64,000 bases of DNA from the human T2T-CHM13v2.0 reference genome, Homo sapiens. Under the pieces are notes generated by a model. The model had not been told where the DNA came from. It made no database searches and saw only the letters and a program-made list of their open reading frames with translations. The DNA is taken from the NCBI RefSeq assembly GCF_009914755.1, contig NC_060931.1; one strand, given 5' to 3'. Shown here one piece after another: positions 13,841-30,755 of the stretch. Positions within the stretch are counted from its first letter, which is position 1; each line of letters starts with the position of its first letter. The translations under genes and the position numbers were made by a program.

Positions 13841-15149
13841 CTTGAGAACATGCTAGCCAGTGAAAGCCAAAAAGGAAAATATAAGCAAATTCAAATTATG
13901 GTATAATTTTTCTGATTGCTCATCTTTTGAATCCAAGGGTATCTATCTCTCTAAATATCTTCTTCTGGGTTCTCCTTAATAATATGTTTAATGTATATAT
14001 AGATCAGGAGATAATACACCACCTGGCTGCAACTAGTGGGGAGGCTGAAGTCAGGAGGGAAGGGTTGCCACAGGCACTGGCTAGCACAAGAGAGCACGCC
14101 GCTCAGCTGCCCATGGAACGTATATGTATCCTGCACCTTGCTCTGCCCACCTTTGGCAACGGCACTGGAAACAGCTGGTGTTAAGTGTGCTAAGTAGCCA
14201 GCATCAAAGTGCAAATGGAAGGGGGCCCTCATGGAGGTTCTGTGTTGATAACAGTGATGTTCAATGCTAGCCTATCATAAACAGGAACCAGGTTTTTCTC
14301 TTTATCATTTACTTTGACATAGTAGACTTCAGGTCCAGTGCAGCTGATAGGATTTTTCAATAGATACAAAAGAAGGATGGTATAGCACATTATACGGTAT
14401 ATGACTGGCTTAATGAAAATAAGAGTCTATCCCAACTTGGAGCTTCCCGTATCAACAAAAACTCCATTTTCTATGACTGAAGGCTTTGACAACTCTTACT
14501 AATCCCAGCTTTTGGTCCTGACAGAATCTAACCTACAGATACAGGGAAAAGAATTTGGATGACTATTACTTTCTGACTGACGACTTCTGGGTCTACTCTG
14601 GGTATTTCACACACATTTAATCCCAATCTTCCTCCTTAAAAATGTATTGAATGACATTCATTTAATACACCCCTGGAGGGAAAATAAAGTAGAAAAATCT
14701 TTCTGGAGGGCAATTTGGCTCCACGTATCAAAGGGCTCAGGGTTTTGAATATGCTTTGTATCACTATTCCACTTCCGGGAGTTAGTCCTAAAGGAATAAT
14801 CATGAGAATGAAAAAAACTTTACTTACACCAATGTGCATCACAGCTTTCCTTAAAGTCTTGCAAATTTCATTCACTCAACCAATATTTACTACATGCCTA
14901 CTATGTACCAGGGAATATTTAAATACAAATAAATAAGATCCAGATATATTTTTATATAAGAAAAGCAGATTACAAAAAAGCATGATCTAATTTTACAAGA
15001 AAATTAAAATGTTATAATGCATAGGAAAAACAGTTGAAAGATAACTATTAAACCATTAGTAATGGTCATCTCTTGGTCACTGGTTTATGGTTTATTTTTC
15101 TTTCCTCTTTCTTTTCCTATTTTTATTTTTAAAGTAAGTATCTTGTAAA

Positions 15150-15500
15150 GAGCCATTTTGACACTACGTAAATCTCTTGATGAAATTTCCACTCAGTAGT
15201 TTTAGCATCATCCATTGATGATTTTCTAACTCCATCATTCACTCTGTTATTATTGATTGTCAGTCTACTGTAAGACAAAGCTCTCTTTTCTCCCACTTTA
15301 TTTATATCAGCATGGACTCATGGATTTTAATTTTATTCAGGAGGTTATAATCCTTTACTATAATTATGTATTTTGATGCCCAAATTGTTTTATATTTGTC
15401 CAGTGGCTCCTTCAAGCTAAATTCTGTGCCTTTCTGGTATGTTCCCATATTTTTTGAGCATTTTCTTACTTTCTGGTATAACAAGATACTATAGACTTAT
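15150..15500 (-). mobile_element. L1MC-like 3' UTR fragment
   Basis: atcagcatggactcatggatttt...gatgcccaaattg...tttttgagcattttcttactttctgg. Confidence 0.7.
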
Positions 15501-16599
15501 ACTCTTTACTCGTATTTTAAAAGCTCTACAACAACCATGTATATTTTTGTTAAATGAAAGAACATAATACATACTATTTAAAAAATAATCTTACATAAGA
15601 TGCATACATTATACAGATTTTTATAAGATTTTTAAAAAACAGTCCAGATTGCTGATCCTACATGGTTCAGGAATATTAGAACAAATGGGCCTTCTGAGCT
15701 CCACCTGAGATGGGAGAGGATAGCACCTGTCTTACAAACCAATATGAAAGGAAATTATGTCTAGTGAGATCATTAAATGCATAAGTCATTGCTCTTTACT
15801 TGACTAAAACCAGTGAGCCGGCCACACAGCCTTAGATAAGAAAGGTAACAGTTAAAGTACATTCTGTTCGATTAATTAATGTCTCACAGCCAAATGTCTC
15901 TGTCTTGCCCCTTAGAAAACTGCATAGAAGAATGGTGAGACACCATCATTTTCATCTGAGTGACTGAGTTTCTTCCTGCTGACTGTTTGGAGTTCCCCTG
16001 TGAGCTGGCGTAAGGTACTTCTTCCTGTGGCTCAGAGTAAGACTCTGAGAGCCTTGGGGACTGCCCTCTGGATTCTGTGAGGAACTATGGAAAACAAGGG
16101 AAGACCAAGTAGGAGCCCCCAACTCCTCCTTGTGGAGGAGTCAGCTGACCCCACGCCTTGACCCCAGAGCCCTGCATAGTTTCTTTAATCTTATTAGATG
16201 GGTTTCCTTAAACTCACTTTCATGCTCAGCCTTTTGCCAGACTCTAGGACCAGCTCTGGCCTTTGTGGTGACTGTGGTGGGATATAGGGGGAGAGATATA
16301 AGGAGCACTACAATGATTAGTCATCACTTCACTATTGAGTCATTTGGCCATGCCGCCCAGCCCACTGTGACCTCAGTTCATGCTGTGTACCCCACGCTTG
16401 AGGTTCTGTCTAGAATCCCAGTACTCCAGGTCCTTGGACTTTTTTGATTCTGAATTCTTCTAATGTCTTCTGTTACCTCTGAGAAGAAGCCATCCTTTAT
16501 CCTGTTCTAGAAAAGTGATACACCAAGGTAATTTAACATTATGAACAGGAAGTTCAGTGGCTAAGTTTCACTGAACATGTACAATGCAAAAAGACAAAA

Positions 16600-16780
16600 G
16601 TGAAGTGCTTTATACATACTGTTTAACCTCAGATCAATGCTATGTGGGGGATATATATTAATATCCTCATTTTACAATTGAGGAAACTGAGGTTGAGGGA
16701 TGGTTAATGATAACTCATCATCATTGAGCTAAGAAGTGATAGAGACAACTAGATGCTCCAAAGCTGGCTCTCATGACCAC
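16600..16780 (-). mobile_element. MIR
   Basis: atcctcattttacaattgaggaaactgagg. Confidence 0.7.
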
Positions 16781-16852
16781 TTCACTACATCGCATCGTTT
16801 GGCTATGACTACGGAACTGCTAGTGGACTTGAGACTCAGGCTGAAAAAAGAA

Positions 16853-17156
<304 letters not shown>

Positions 17157-17320
17157 TAAAAAATACAAATGAACTAATGGGAATAACACTGGTAAGCCTG
17201 ATGTTGAGACCAAGTAGTATTCTTCAGTTGGTTCTAAGAAAAGAAAGAGGTGATCCAGAGGAGTCTGTAAGTCCATGAAGAACTTGGAACAGGTTTGCCA
17301 TTATAGCACGCTTCAGCAGC

Positions 17321-17550
17321 TCATTCACTCATTCAGCACATTTGGAGTCTGTGATGTGCTTATCACTATGCTGAGTGTAGGGAACACAGAAATAAGACTG
17401 ACGTGGTCCCTGCCCTTGTGAGGCTTACAGTTTAGGGAGAAAGAAAATCATTAAATAAGTGGTAAGTGTTATGAAGAAAATAAGATATGCTGGTGGAGAA
17501 TAATAGAAAAAGCCTCTTTAAGGAGGTGACATTTAACCTAAAGGATGAAA
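17321..17550 (-). mobile_element. L2 3' end
   Basis: tcattcactcattcagcac...gtccctgcccttgtgaggcttacagt. Confidence 0.7.
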
Positions 17551-20256
17551 CAGAGGAGGCAGGCCTGCTGAGGTCTATTCACTTTCTTTTCATCTTTGGT
17601 TGTAGCTAGAATTTTTGAGTACTCTTCAAGGGAGCTTTATGACTTGGGTTCTGTTAAACAAGTCAACCACGATTTTTAATCCATGTGCTTTATCACGAAT
17701 GGTTTCCTTCACCCTGTTCAAAACATCACAAATATGATATAAATGGGACACTTACTATTCAGTCTAAAACTGTTCTCATTTATTTACTTATTAAATACAG
17801 AAAAATCCCTTTAGAATCAGGGATAAGAGGAAAGGTCTTTGTGTTTCGCAAAGTTCATCCAAGTGTACTATTTGTTTCTTCCCCATGGAATTGTCATATC
17901 AGCTTTAGGAAAGATGATGAAAGAAAAGAAATGGGCCCAGAGGGACCTAAGGAAACCAGGCCAAACTTGCTGTTCACGTGGACCCTTACAGGGAGAATGG
18001 AAGGCAAAAGCAGAGAACTGGGTCCAATTTTCTTTCTCAGTGCTATCTGTGCAGTGGTCAGATGTGGCACTCACAACCAAAAGGCTTTTGAAACAGCACT
18101 GGTGAGTCCTGACCTACCTTCTTCAAATTTCTGAAAATGATACATTTTATTATCTCATGAGTAGAGATACTGGAGATTCCTCTTAAGGCAGGAAGGGGAG
18201 ACCTAGGGTCCCTTTCTTTGTTATAATTAACTGCATTTTCTCTGGGAGAACAGAAGCTCCCCATGGATATATGGGGTTGGGACAAGTGGCTATTTACAGC
18301 TAAGAAGGGAATATTTTTGAGGTTTAGAGAATTCAAATCACGATTACTATCTCATGTTCAAAGACTGAAATAAAAATGGCTGTGTACTCTCTTCATGGAG
18401 CAATTTGATGTTCTGAGGCCCTCTACTCCCTGGCTTCTGGAAATCTATTTTTCCCTCCATCACAATATTTCCTTTAACTACTGAATAATTAACCCTAGTG
18501 ACTAACCTAGTCTCATAGGAAGAAGGCTTGTGAAATCTGCTCCTGATGCATGTAATAAGTGTAGAAGGACACATTAAGTAATGTGTACAGTCTGGGAAGG
18601 CCAAAATTCCTTTCCCAAGGCCTGGTCCACCCTGAAAAAGAGGAAGGAAAGCTCATACTTTAATTATTGGAGCAGGTATTCCACTGGTTCACACATTACC
18701 AGGACCTTAGAGGTTTCTTCTATCATACAGAAGGAACCTGGATCAGCACACTCGCCTACTCTTCTTTGTCTGCCAGTGGAACTCCACAACAACTGACCGA
18801 AGCTGTCACCACCCCAGGCTGCCAATGTGGGCCTCCAGATTGTGAGGCCACAGGGTCAGATATGGGGCCTGGCGCTGCACTGACAGTGCTGCATGTCCAA
18901 AGAGGCAAGCAGCCAGGCAGAGCCCTCTCTGTTACAGCTTGGCCACCTGTCTGAGAGGGAAGACAAATCCCATTTCATCGGGTTTGGCATGGAAAGCAAA
19001 TTGTTCACCCCCACACGCAAAAGCTCTTGAGTGGCAGAAGGAAAAGTACACACCCCAGGTGCGAATATAAAAGCGGGTCTCTTTGGGATGAACCTTCTGG
19101 TTAATTTGGTTTGGAGTCTATGGTGTTTTCACTCAGCTCTCATCAGTTTTTAAGCCGTATTACAGCTCCCAGGCTTTTAGGATAATTCTCTTAATGAAGT
19201 AATGAAATGCCAAAGAAATGGCATCACAGGGCTTTGCCCTTTCCTGCTTTTTAAAGGCCATCAAAACCATCATTCCCTAACATACCCACACAGGAAAAAA
19301 GATGAGGCTTATCTTGTTTTTAAGCTATTGTGTTGCCAGCATTTCCATCGTACAAGAAAGATAAGTAAATGCTTGCAAAATAAAGTCTGACCCAAGCTTC
19401 ACCTGATATGCAGTTTCTATCTTGCTGAGTGCACATGATAATAAGATTTCCAAGCAGCATTAGAAACCATGGTTCAATCCAGAAGTGTGCTCCTGCAACC
19501 CGGGGAGGGGGCTCCTGATGACTTCACAGTGAAGCCACCGTCACAAACAGGATTTCCTAAAGAGGTCTTAGGGTGAGGAAGAAGCTTCATTCTAACTTTG
19601 GCTCTGCCATCTGGGCAGCACTGCTGCTCCTCCCCTCCTGTAAACAGGCAGTTAAGAGGGGGCAGGGGCACTCCTTCCTATTGTTCCTCATGGCTCTCAC
19701 TTCCCTTTCATCTTTGGCAATAGCTGGAATTTATGAGTATGTTGGATGACCTTCCAAGTCTTTCCTTCGGAGTTTATTTACTTCGTGGATACTCCTTAGT
19801 AAGGCTCCATCTTTTGGCGGCTCACACCCCGGCTGTATTTGTCCAAAGGTGTGGCTTTATCTCTGTATGGTATTGAATTGAATGGAAAAGGAGTCATAAA
19901 GACTGTGTGATTCATATAATCCAACGGTGATTGTGCATACACGACACTATTTCCCAACTTATACCTTCCAGTACAGCCAGGTCTTGCTTTTCTGAGAATG
20001 AATGCACTGCTATTTTTGTGGCTTGCCTAATGAAGTTCTTGTTAAATATCCAATCAAACATCTTCAAAATCCAGCTCAGGACTAACTTCAGGAAGCCCCT
20101 ATTATTCTAGTTCAGGGTAATATCTGACTTTTCTAAGCTCTTAACAGTTTTAAAAATCTGTACCATGTGGCTCAGCACTTACATATGCCTGGTCTGATAC
20201 TGTTTGCTAATTATTACATGCTAACACATCATGCACATTTTTATTTGCTCATGTAA

Positions 20257-20698
<442 letters not shown>

Positions 20699-21067
20699 TG
20701 AGAGAAGAATCCCATGGGATTCTTCTGTAAGTTTCATTTCCTTATTATGCAACTGAGTTAAATATATTAAGTGTAAACATTAGAACTACCAAAGGAATAA
20801 TGCTAGGACCAGTATTGACTTAATATGTTTATACTGTTTTGATTAGTAAAATGACATAAAACCTCTGAATTTAAAATTAAGTGCTTTCTGGGAATATAAA
20901 ATAAAAAAATGACTAAACTCTACTGAAGAAAAATCTTGAGACTAAGTGACTGAAGAGAAACATGGGAAAACTGTTTTGAAAAAGGCAAGGAGCAAACGAT
21001 GCATTTGGCCCATTTTATGCCAGAGCTACTCACAGAGTGATGGGCTCTGACCTACAGGCTGCAGTAT

Positions 21068-21655
21068 GTTCATTCATTTATTCATTATTCATTTACTTAG
21101 TAGCCACTTTATGCCATGCTCTGTTAGGTACTAGTTATACAGTGGTGAGTAAAATAGAGAGGGTCTGGTTTATAGTTTCATGAGTGATAGGGCAAACAGG
21201 TTTTAAGCCAGAAAACACTAAAATAAATATAAGTGCAAACTGTGCTAAGTGCTATGAAGGAAAAAAGTCAAGGTGTTGTGAGAGTGAATACCCGAAGGTA
21301 CTGATTTTACTCTGGGTCAGGAAAGGTTTCTTTAAGGAAATAACATTTAAGATGAGATTGGAAGAATGACGTGGAGCAGCCAGGAGGTGAGTTGAGGAGG
21401 TGAGTGGGCAATGCTCCAGGCAGATGACTCCAGGAATCTCTGCAGGCAGTTTCTTGAAGGGACCGATATAACTGCTGCTTCTGCACAGCAAAGCCAATAA
21501 ACTTATGGATCCAAATAAGAATACAGGAAATTCATATACTCATTCAACGAATCTTTATTGAATGCTGACTATGTGCTGGATATAGTTCTCTGCCTCTGGG
21601 ATATCCAAGTAAACAAAGCAAAGATCCTTGCCCTGTGGAGTTTAAGTTCTATAGT
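21068..21655 (-). mobile_element. L2 fragments (two 3' ends)
   Basis: ttcattcatttattcatt... at 21068 and cattcaacgaatctttattgaatgctgactatgtgc at 21541. Confidence 0.7.
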
Positions 21656-21791
21656 AAGAAATAAATGCACCAATATATTTTCATCTAAATATTGCAGGTT
21701 TGGCTACAGACCTTGATGTGTGTATAATGAAACTTGAAAGGTCTCAGAGGAAGGAACAGTGGTGTAGTGGACGCAGGGGACAGCTGTTCCC

Positions 21792-22309
21792 TGTTGGGAG
21801 ACAATTCTGCATGGGCCCTTTGTATTTCTGCACATCTTGCAAGTAGAGACACTAACTGCATTTGTGCTGGATTAGATTTTCAAGTAAACTGCTTTGGAAG
21901 ATGATAGTGTCTCCCTCTATAGCATGAGCAGGTTTGTTTGCTCTTAAACATGATAATAGCTTCTGCTGGGGCAAAGGTAAGGCCGACTTAACTGACCATT
22001 ATAAAAGATTCATGTTGGGGATTCGTTTTTGTAACACAACCCGTGTGTGTGTGTGGGTATGTGTGTGTGTAAGTGTGTTCGTGCGTGCTTGCAGGTGTCA
22101 TCTGCCCCCCTTCTTATTTTCCTATGGGAATTGGGAATCTGGTGCAAATGCTGATACTGTAGCTACTGCTATTGCTGTGAGTAATAAACTAGGCTTTGTC
22201 TCTAACCCAAGAGTCTTGTGTCTTTTGCCAGCATTCATGAAACTGTGGTAGACTAATTTGTTAACCTGCAAATAGGGGAAAAATCTCACATCCTTCGCAG
22301 GTCTTGACA
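21792..22309 (+). mobile_element. ERVL solo LTR (LTR40-like)
   Basis: TG...CA ends (tgttgggagacaattct...gtcttgaca), TATAAAA at about 22000 and AATAAA at about 22183. Confidence 0.75.
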
Positions 22310-22939
22310 TGAGTCAAGTGACAAACCAAAAAATGGGGACTTTTTAGTTGAGAAAGACAAAGACCAAAGGGGTAGAGGATAAGGCTGAAGTATATAAAAT
22401 CAACAAAAGTAAACTTGGTTGTATTCACCAGTCTTGAATATCAAGTGAAGGGATGAATCCCTGATGTTTGAGAGAGGTAAGTTTATGTCAATAGAAAGGA
22501 ATTTCTTCACATACAGGATACTAACCTTATAGAACTTACCATCTCAATAAATGGTGCTGGCTGAAACTACAAATTATTTTATAAAAGGCCTCACTAAAGT
22601 GATGGATGACAAACCTAGAATGCCCAGTTCAATACGTATTGGATGACCGAGTGTTTGCCAAGTGACCATCTATAAGATGATCTCATTATCTGTGTCAGAG
22701 AAGAACTACTGGGAAAAATCATTAATTTGACCTAACAAGGACCATTTTTAATCTACAAAGTGAGAAATAGACTCTTCACTGCTTTATCTAGTTTTAGTTT
22801 TTACTATGGATACACATACATAAACATATACATTTGGGATATGTAAGTATAAAAATCTCCTTTACAACAAGCTACAATTCATAATCATCTTAATTCATAA
22901 ATGTTAAATAATAATGGTAAAATATGCTCCTATTTTAGG

Positions 22940-23230
22940 GCAGTTGTTTCCCAAGCTGGATGTGAAGAACACTTCCAGGAAATTTTAAGAGGCATATCTT
23001 GAAAAAAAAAAGTCTCACGGTCAAATATATTTGAGGAGCTATGCACTATATGTATATATCTTTGGAAATTCAAAATTTACATTAATAATGAGGGCTGTGA
23101 TAAGCCCTGAGTCACAGAAACCTTTAAGCTCGTGTTTCCCAAATTTTTAGTATTGACCGATCATTTCACAGCATGCCCATTATTATCTCATGAAACACTA
23201 TTCCATGAAACAGCAGATTGAGAAATGCGT
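22940..23230. mobile_element. Old hAT-Charlie MITE (MER112/113-like)
   Basis: TIR-like ends cagttgtttcccaag...ttgagaaatgc. Confidence 0.5.
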
Positions 23231-23499
23231 TTGTCAATTGTTAAAAAATGAAGATTTTTATGGCAAGGACTGCTATAATGCCAACATTATCTATAAAGCC
23301 TCACTAATTTGAAGTTAAAAACACCAGTGAAGTGGGGACAGAAGGGCCTAACAGGTGACTGGATGTCCTGGTTTGCTTCTCTCATACAGGTGGTTGGGCC
23401 ATCTTCACCTGGGGGGATCCTTGGGATTAATTGTTTCTTGTGTCCAAGGAGCCCGAATGCCCCAATTTCATGAATATTTTCATGTTTAAGGCAAGGATA

Positions 23500-23750
23500 A
23501 CAATCATAGTTATAGCTAACATTTATTGCTTCCAATTGATGTGCTACAATGCCATTTTGAGCACTTTATATTCTAAAATTCTCACAATAAACCATGAGAG
23601 AGGTAGTTTTATTATCCATGTTCACAGAAAAGGAAACTGAGGCACGGGTGGTTCTGTCACTTGGCCAAGGCTATACAGCTAGTAAGTGGAAGAGCTAGGA
23701 TTTAAACCCAGACAGTCTGGCTCCAACATCAACTCCTGTGCTTAACTACC
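23500..23750 (-). mobile_element. MIR (near full length)
   Basis: ggaaactgaggcac...acagctagtaagtggaagagctaggatttaaacccagacagtctggctcc. Confidence 0.85.
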
Positions 23751-24414
23751 TTTGGAATTACAGCATATGTCAGCAAACTTCCACATTACCAGTGTAATTC
23801 ATACCACAAAGCAATTCACTTTACCTTCTAGTTGGGTTGAGCCTAGGTAAGTAGCCTTCAGAGCTTAGGAACCATAAATAACAACCAGACCTTGTGCTAA
23901 CACATCTTGAAAAGCTTGTCTAAGCTTTACAATTGTACCAGAAGAAGTAAAATACAAATAGGACAGCATGTACCATTGCCAAAACAATCTCCCCTTTGTA
24001 TAGTTTTTTCTTCTCACCAATTTGTTACTATATGCAATACTGACTTTAAGTAAACAAACAAGAAGCTACAAACAATACACCCACCCTCTTTTAATTACAG
24101 CACTACAACAAGGCCACTTTGTTAAAATGGTTCATCTCTAAAATATTTTTCTTACCAAAAATGATACACAGATACATACACACTCATGTTTCCCCCTAAA
24201 ACCCCAATCCTTTTTGTATGTTGTGAGTGGAGTGCAGAGAATAAAGCTCCTACTGAGTGCTTTTGGCCTTCAGATTTGGTGCTCATTACTGTGTAGACAT
24301 TCTCAGCCAGAGCGCGACAACAGGCATTCAGAACTGTGTTTTCTGCAATGTTTATTGTTTATTCCACGATCTTTTGTTGTTTTTTTTTGTTGTTGCTGTT
24401 ATTTTACATGTTGG

Positions 24415-25326
<912 letters not shown>

Positions 25327-27234
25327 TTCAGGTGAACATTTCTGTGCCAAGATGGCTAACAGGGGTGAATGATAATGCTAAATCTGCCCCAAAACAACAA
25401 ACAACAACAACAACAAAACCAAAAGAAGAATTTCACTGACATTAAATTCTAAATTTTACCCATTTCCAGAAGCCTTTAAGGTCCAAGAAACAGGATAAAG
25501 ATCAGAAGTGAGTTAGGGACTAGGAGTAGAAGGTCTTTGATATTATAAGGAGCATAATGAATTGCTCTAGACCAGCATTTGTGCAAGTGGTAGCTGGAAG
25601 AAACCACTGCCAGAAACAGAGTGACTTCAGGGGGCTTAAAGAGAATACAGGAATAACAGCAAATGTCTACTCCCAGGAATGCATTTCTATAACCTGAAAT
25701 AATACTAAAAAACTTTTTTTTTTTTTTTTGACATGGAAGAACACTGGTGTCAGCTGTTAACTCTCTAGTGGTGGAATCTTAGGGAGGCCCTGGGATCTTG
25801 GAGAGGGGCAGGGGCATCCAGGGAGCTGGGGCACTCCAAGGAGGGGCTCTTTACCAATGGGTCTGGAAGCACATCAATATTTTAACAATGGGTAAGGGAT
25901 GCAGTAATATTTATAACACTGAATATTGGAAATGTAATCCAATAACATGAATGAGAGTCAACACGCTCACTTATAGGGAGGAACACTACAGCACAAATAC
26001 TTTTGAATTTCAACATTTCATAACGTATTGATAGATTGTTATTTATTAAGCAGTTCCACAAATACTGAACATTTTGATTAATTTCACTTTTTGTATTAAT
26101 ATAGATCATCTTCAAGTAGAGAAATGCATGTTAAGAAAATTGGGAAAAATGCAAGACATGATATCAGAAGGAACACATCACCCACCTGAGAGTTTAACCC
26201 TATTTGCCTTTGCATCACTTTCTCAATTCTCCTAAAGTGTCAATTTTGTTATTTGCTGTCTGCCTTAAGGGGACTGTAATTTAGCTACTCCATTTTACGT
26301 CTTTATAATTCTTTCTTATCTCATTCATCTCCCTTTCCATTTCATCTTTGGTTTTTCACTTTGAATAGCCTTTCATATATTTATTTTTTAGGTCTTTAGA
26401 GACCATTTCTTTCTAGTCAAAGGTAGGGTAAAATGAAACATAATTTTAGTCATACTTAATTAGACTTTTAAATCTGATGGTACACTCTGCCTGAAGCTTT
26501 TCAGGGGGGAATTTCTGAGGTCCAATTACAGGGCTAGTCTCATAATAAGAACTAATAATTCATAATGAAATTATTTGCTTTTAAACCTCATCCAGACGCT
26601 GTTGTGAAAAATATACTAACCCAACCACATTCCTATAGGGTCATTAACACGGCCAGTACAAACAGGTGAGGTCTGCTGAAGTCATAGTTCTCAGAGCTTC
26701 TGTGAAGAGCTGGATGTTGGTTCTGTGACAGTATCACTACAGGGCAACCCTTTCATACCAGTCCTTTCATAGTATGGCATCCTGTTCTTGATGTATGGAT
26801 TTTGATATCCTTCTCAGCTCAGGTAAATGCCCAATGGGTATTTAACAAATATACAAATAGAAACTGAATCCTTGCATCACTAAACTTTGTGTTGCCTTCA
26901 CACATTAAGACAACTTAGCTGAAAATAAAGTTCTTGGGTTATAGACTTAGCCCCCAACAAAGTTGTAGAATTTTCCCTATTCTCCTCTGGCTTTGGTTCA
27001 ACAAGAGAGAAGTCTGAGGCCAGCTTGATTTTCTTTCCTTTGTGTATAGCTTTAATAGAAACGTATTTTATCCTTGTAGGTTCTTTTCTTTCTCCCTGCA
27101 ATTCAAACATTTTTCCAAATGTGCTCCACGTCAATCTTTGGAGTGAATTCCATGGATTGTCTCCCCTTTCACCTTGTAGCACAACACTGATGTTCTTCAA
27201 TCTACCATCTATCTGATAAGCAAATTCCTTTGTT

Positions 27235-27597
27235 CCGGTCTCAGTCACTGGTTCCACTGCAGGCCCACATCACAAGCAGCCCTAAGAATGCATCTCAGGG
27301 CTCCTGTTTGAAATCCTGACACAGAAGAACGTACTCTTTATCTGAGTATCCTGCAGGGCAGATGTGAAACCTGGAACTACTGTAACCGCTTTGCCAATGA
27401 ATGAAAACAGCCTTTGAAGATGCCAAGACATAGAAAAGGGAATGTTAGAGAAATGGAGCTGCAGCTTCTGGATTAAGCCAACCCTGATGCTCACCTATCT
27501 CTGGAATCACCGTTTATGTGAGTCAACAAGTTTTTTATTCTTTAGTGGATCCAGAATGAGTTTTCTGTATTCACAGCCCTGAGCATCTCAAGTACTA
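27235..27597 (+). mobile_element. MLT1 (J-like) LTR fragment
   Basis: MaLR 3' end (tatgtgagtcaacaag...gagttttctgtattcacagcc...ctaa). Confidence 0.55.
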
Positions 27598-27729
27598 ATG
27601 TCTCTTTTTAATGATTTTCCCCCAAATATTACAGGATCTTTTAATTTGTGTACTCAAGTTTTTCCTCAGTTTAGGAACATGTTTCTTTAATTATGGCTTT
27701 TATTACTGCATTTTAAGACCATCAATTTC

Positions 27730-27863
27730 CTTTCTCTTTTCGTATTTAGAGACAGGGTCTCACCGTGTTGTCCAGGCTGGTTTCAAACTCCTGGGCTTAA
27801 GCAATCCCCCTGCCTTGACCTCCAAAATGCTGGGATCACAGGTGTAAGCCACTGCACCCGGCC
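27730..27863 (-). mobile_element. FLAM_C (Alu monomer)
   Basis: Single left monomer with TSD aagaccatcaatttc / aagatcatcaatttc. Confidence 0.85.
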
Positions 27864-28738
27864 TCAAGATCATCAATTTCTTAGGCCAGATTTCTATTCT
27901 TTATCCTTCATGTTTGTCAGTTTCTCACCATTTTATAAATCTTTTTTCCTTTTTTCTCAGTATTTTGTGAGAACTTCCAATATCATCCTTTATGTCAATG
28001 GTTCCATTTCCTACAGTATTAATTCTATGTTTTACTGCTTCCTATCAGATTTTAACTGTGCTATATACTCAGTTTCCTTACAATTCCACTTATCATTGGT
28101 CTCTCCATCTCAGATTGCTGTTTTCACATTTTAGAGTGTTCAATTCTTGTGGCTTTTTTTTTTTCTGTTTTAGAGAGTATGTCTTCTAGCATTCTTCTCA
28201 GTCTACTGACTTTTAGAAATTTTCTTCTGATTTAGCTAATCACTTTCAGAATTTTTTTCTTTGGTTTTTTGAGTCTTTTGGGAAGTGTTACTTTACCCTA
28301 TCTAGTAGTATTTTTTCAAAAGTTACAATCATTTTTTCTTTTAGATAGTTGTTTTTCATTTTCTAAGAGGAGCAATCTAACCAGACAATTTGTAGTCAAT
28401 GCAATGTAGACATTACTTTGAACTTATTCTGTAAATATTTAATGGTCTCTGAGTAGCTTAGATGTTTATATCTACCATGTTTCTTCTAATATTACTCTTA
28501 TGTCTCTGTCCCCACTTACTAAATATCCCATTCTTCTCACCTCCAGACCCCTAGTTCCTTTTTGCATGTATGTGTTTTCTGGTATTTGAAGCGTCTTACC
28601 CGAGAGAGCAAAAGATGTAATACTGTGGAGTAGGTAAGACAACAGCACTATGGAGCTCTCAACAGGAAAGGTAGTGGGAAGAGCTGGCCATTTTCTGAAC
28701 CGAAGTCAACCTTGTGTTTCTGAAACAAGGGGACTTGA

Positions 28739-29103
<365 letters not shown>

Positions 29104-30034
29104 ACCAAATGGATTTTTCAATTCAGTTCTGGCTAAATGAAAATTCTTCCTATAATTTTGATAATTATTTCACTGCCAGTCTTAGTTTTTTAATGCTGGA
29201 TGTTTTGAGGGGCCAGTAGGTATCACTTTAAACTAAAAGCTCCCAATATTTTAAATAAATTTTGATTGAGGGTTTACAGAGGTAAATGCAAAAATAAGCT
29301 GTTAATATGCAATCTGTAAAAAAGGTACTAGGTTAGAGAAAAAAATGAAACATGTCTAAGTTCAGTGCTGTTTTTAATCAGGGCTGTATGCCACCTAACA
29401 GAGTGCCTTTGAAAACAAGTTTATTGCATGCTGATGCCTAGAGAATTCAATATGACTCTGATAAGCAAAACAGATAAAGCAATTGGCTTCCAAATTACTT
29501 CTGAATATTGAAATATTAGCATGTCAAATTATTACAATTAAATGGTTGGGCAACACAGTGCAAACACATTTGGCACGCTCTTGTTGCCCAACTTTCAAAG
29601 TATTGGATCTCCTCCCAAGTTTTAGACTGGGAATGTCCAGCAAACTCTGTGCCAGTGATAAGAGAAGAGCTGGTAGTATCCAGTTCAGTTCATGGTAAAA
29701 TCTAATCTCCACTAGAAATCTGCCATCTTGAATTGTCCCTTGCAATGTTTCAATTAGCAAGTAAGTACAATCCATATGTCTGCAGCTGTCTGTCACACCT
29801 TTCTTTTTCCTGTTATAAAAGTGCATGTATGTGCATTTGCACATACACACACGCTCCTAAGCAGCCAACAACTCTTAAACAATCCTATCTATGAGTACAT
29901 TCTAATACCTGTAAATTTAATTTGGCAAGCAAAACTGGAGCAATAAATCACAAACCCAATTCTATCATGTATTTCCAGAGAAGGTTAAAGGCGAAAGACC
30001 ATGCGGAATGCTCTATATTTCCTATGGTTAAAGT

Positions 30035-30148
30035 GGGAGGGAGAGAAGGACAAAGGGAGAGAGGGAAAGAGAAGGAAGAGAAGGAGGAGAACAGGAGCGT
30101 GGAGGGAGGGAAGAAGAGAAAGAAGATGAAGGGAGGGGATAAAAGAAG
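30035..30148. repeat. GA-rich low-complexity polypurine tract
   Basis: Read directly. Confidence 0.85.
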
Positions 30149-30755
30149 CTAGGTAATATCTTTTATTTCTGTAAGAATATACCCAATGTTTCTCAGTTAA
30201 ACCAAGTGCTGGGTCTTATCAGACACCAGCTCCTTCAGCCACCATAGGAACACCAGATGGGAGGTAGATGCTCAGCGCAAAACAAAAGAGCAAGGGTATC
30301 AGACAGCCACAGACCACTCCACAGCAAGGGCCCGTATGGAGTTACTTGGTTTGTCACTACCCCCTATCATTTTAGTACAAGACCTAGTAGAATCTTTTGA
30401 CACATCTTACTATTTGTTGTAATTTAGCGCCTTGGTTGTGTTTGGTGGGAAATTATGTAGGCATACAATAAAATCTCAGCAATCTACATTTACCTGAAGT
30501 TATTTACTATATTTATTATTGTCTAGTAAATTTGCATAAACACAATAAAACAAATGTAAATGTTACACCACACTTTAAAGGAGTTACCAAGGCCAGACTC
30601 AACTCAGATTGGAGGTCCAAGCCCCAGCTAGAATAATTTTGTGCAGGTGTGGTTCTTTTTATTTTGTAGGGCTATGAAGTACCTCCTGCTCATGAGAAAA
30701 ATGAGATGGTAAGTTTGCCACTGACTAAAGATTAGACTGGTAAGAACTGACTTTC

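Larger units (their letters stand above)
26900..28380 (-). mobile_element. Old L1M 5'/ORF1 region, interrupted by MLT1 and FLAM
   Basis: ORF 26898-27257 contains HKGKKIKLASDFS, resembling the L1 ORF1p KG..IRL..DFS motif. T-rich L1 text continues to about 28380. Confidence 0.7.

Noticed and set aside
17685-18134. 149-aa ORF
   Set aside because: GTG start and no recognisable homology; consistent with chance.
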